Positions 63,294-64,000 of a DNA stretch of 64,000 nucleotides are shown here, one piece after another. The notes below the pieces were generated by a model that did not search any database, had not been told where the DNA came from, and saw only the letters and a program-made list of their open reading frames with translations. Where the stretch lies: assembly GCF_018350175.1 (NCBI RefSeq), contig NC_058373.1, positions 100,628,001 through 100,692,000 of the forward strand. The letters are read 5' to 3'. A program made the position numbers and the translations under genes. Source of the DNA: Felis catus. Lineage: Eukaryota. Position 1 is the stretch's first letter; each line of letters starts with the position of its first letter.

Positions 63294-64000
63294 ACATTTA
63301 TTTATTTGGGGGGGGGAGGGGCAAAGAGAGAGGGAAAAGAAAGAAAGAAAGTAAAAAAGAAAGAAAGGTGTTTTTGTTTTCAGCAAAGTCAAGCATACAT
63401 AAAGAAAGGATTTTGGATATTCACAGTAAAGACCACAGAACTACTAATGTAGAAGTTAATATTCACAGACAAACATTGTTTGGGCTAATACAAATGAATC
63501 CCTAATACAATAAGTGAACATATTTTTTAGAAGTGGATATTGGTATATAACGGAGACTTGAAGGATATGTAAGATCAAAGTAACATTACTTTTTGACAGA
63601 GAAAAGAAAGGGGTATTTCAAGGTGGTGAAATAACATTGACTAGGATTTAAATATAAGAAGTCCCATATGACAATCCTCTTGTTTACCCCCCTTAATTTC
63701 TGATTCAGGAGTAGACTATTGTCATGTTACAAGGACATCAGGATGGCAAAAGTCTGGCAATGAAAAAAGGAGTTTTTTTGCAGAAGCAGAATGGACTTTA
63801 TCCACATGTGCCACAATCTTACAGTATAAAGAAAGTTTAGTTATTACTTATTTGGCACTGTTTCCCATGTAATTTACATATCAAATGAGCCTCATTAGTT
63901 TAACTAATCCCTTGAAATATTCCAGGTCAAAAAGGTTTCATTTACAACTTGGGAAGTTTGTAAAAAAAATATCAAAAAGAAGGTTTTAAAGCACTTGCCT

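Noticed and set aside
63710..63840. Possible + strand exon after tttctgattcag
   Set aside because: Open frame but no convincing donor site and no recognisable protein similarity

Overview
Mammalian nuclear DNA, almost certainly from a cat (felid): about 26 tRNA-derived Can-SINEs, several of them young and of the feline type, plus carnivore and feline L1s. The window is dominated by transposable elements and I recognise no host protein-coding gene, RNA gene or CpG island. The main structures are: (1) a decayed class I (ERV1, gamma/epsilon-like) provirus on + at ~3.7-18.1 kb, with gag-pro-pol-env remnants and a 3' LTR, broken by a hAT element, SINEs, an ERVL-type fragment and a rearranged L1; (2) a near full-length L1 on - at ~27.8-36.3 kb with a ~70-bp tandem array at its 5' end and a younger L1 plus a SINE nested inside; (3) an internally deleted L1 on + at 48.9-51.3 kb; (4) a long L2 remnant at ~58.2-61.6 kb; and (5) MaLR/ERVL LTRs, MER5/MER58/Tigger DNA transposons, MIRs and microsatellites. 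I see no evidence of a new functional biological system. The points of interest are retroelement history and one weak candidate exon. Subfamily names come from my recollection of consensus sequences and need confirming with RepeatMasker/Dfam. Boundaries of old elements are approximate.
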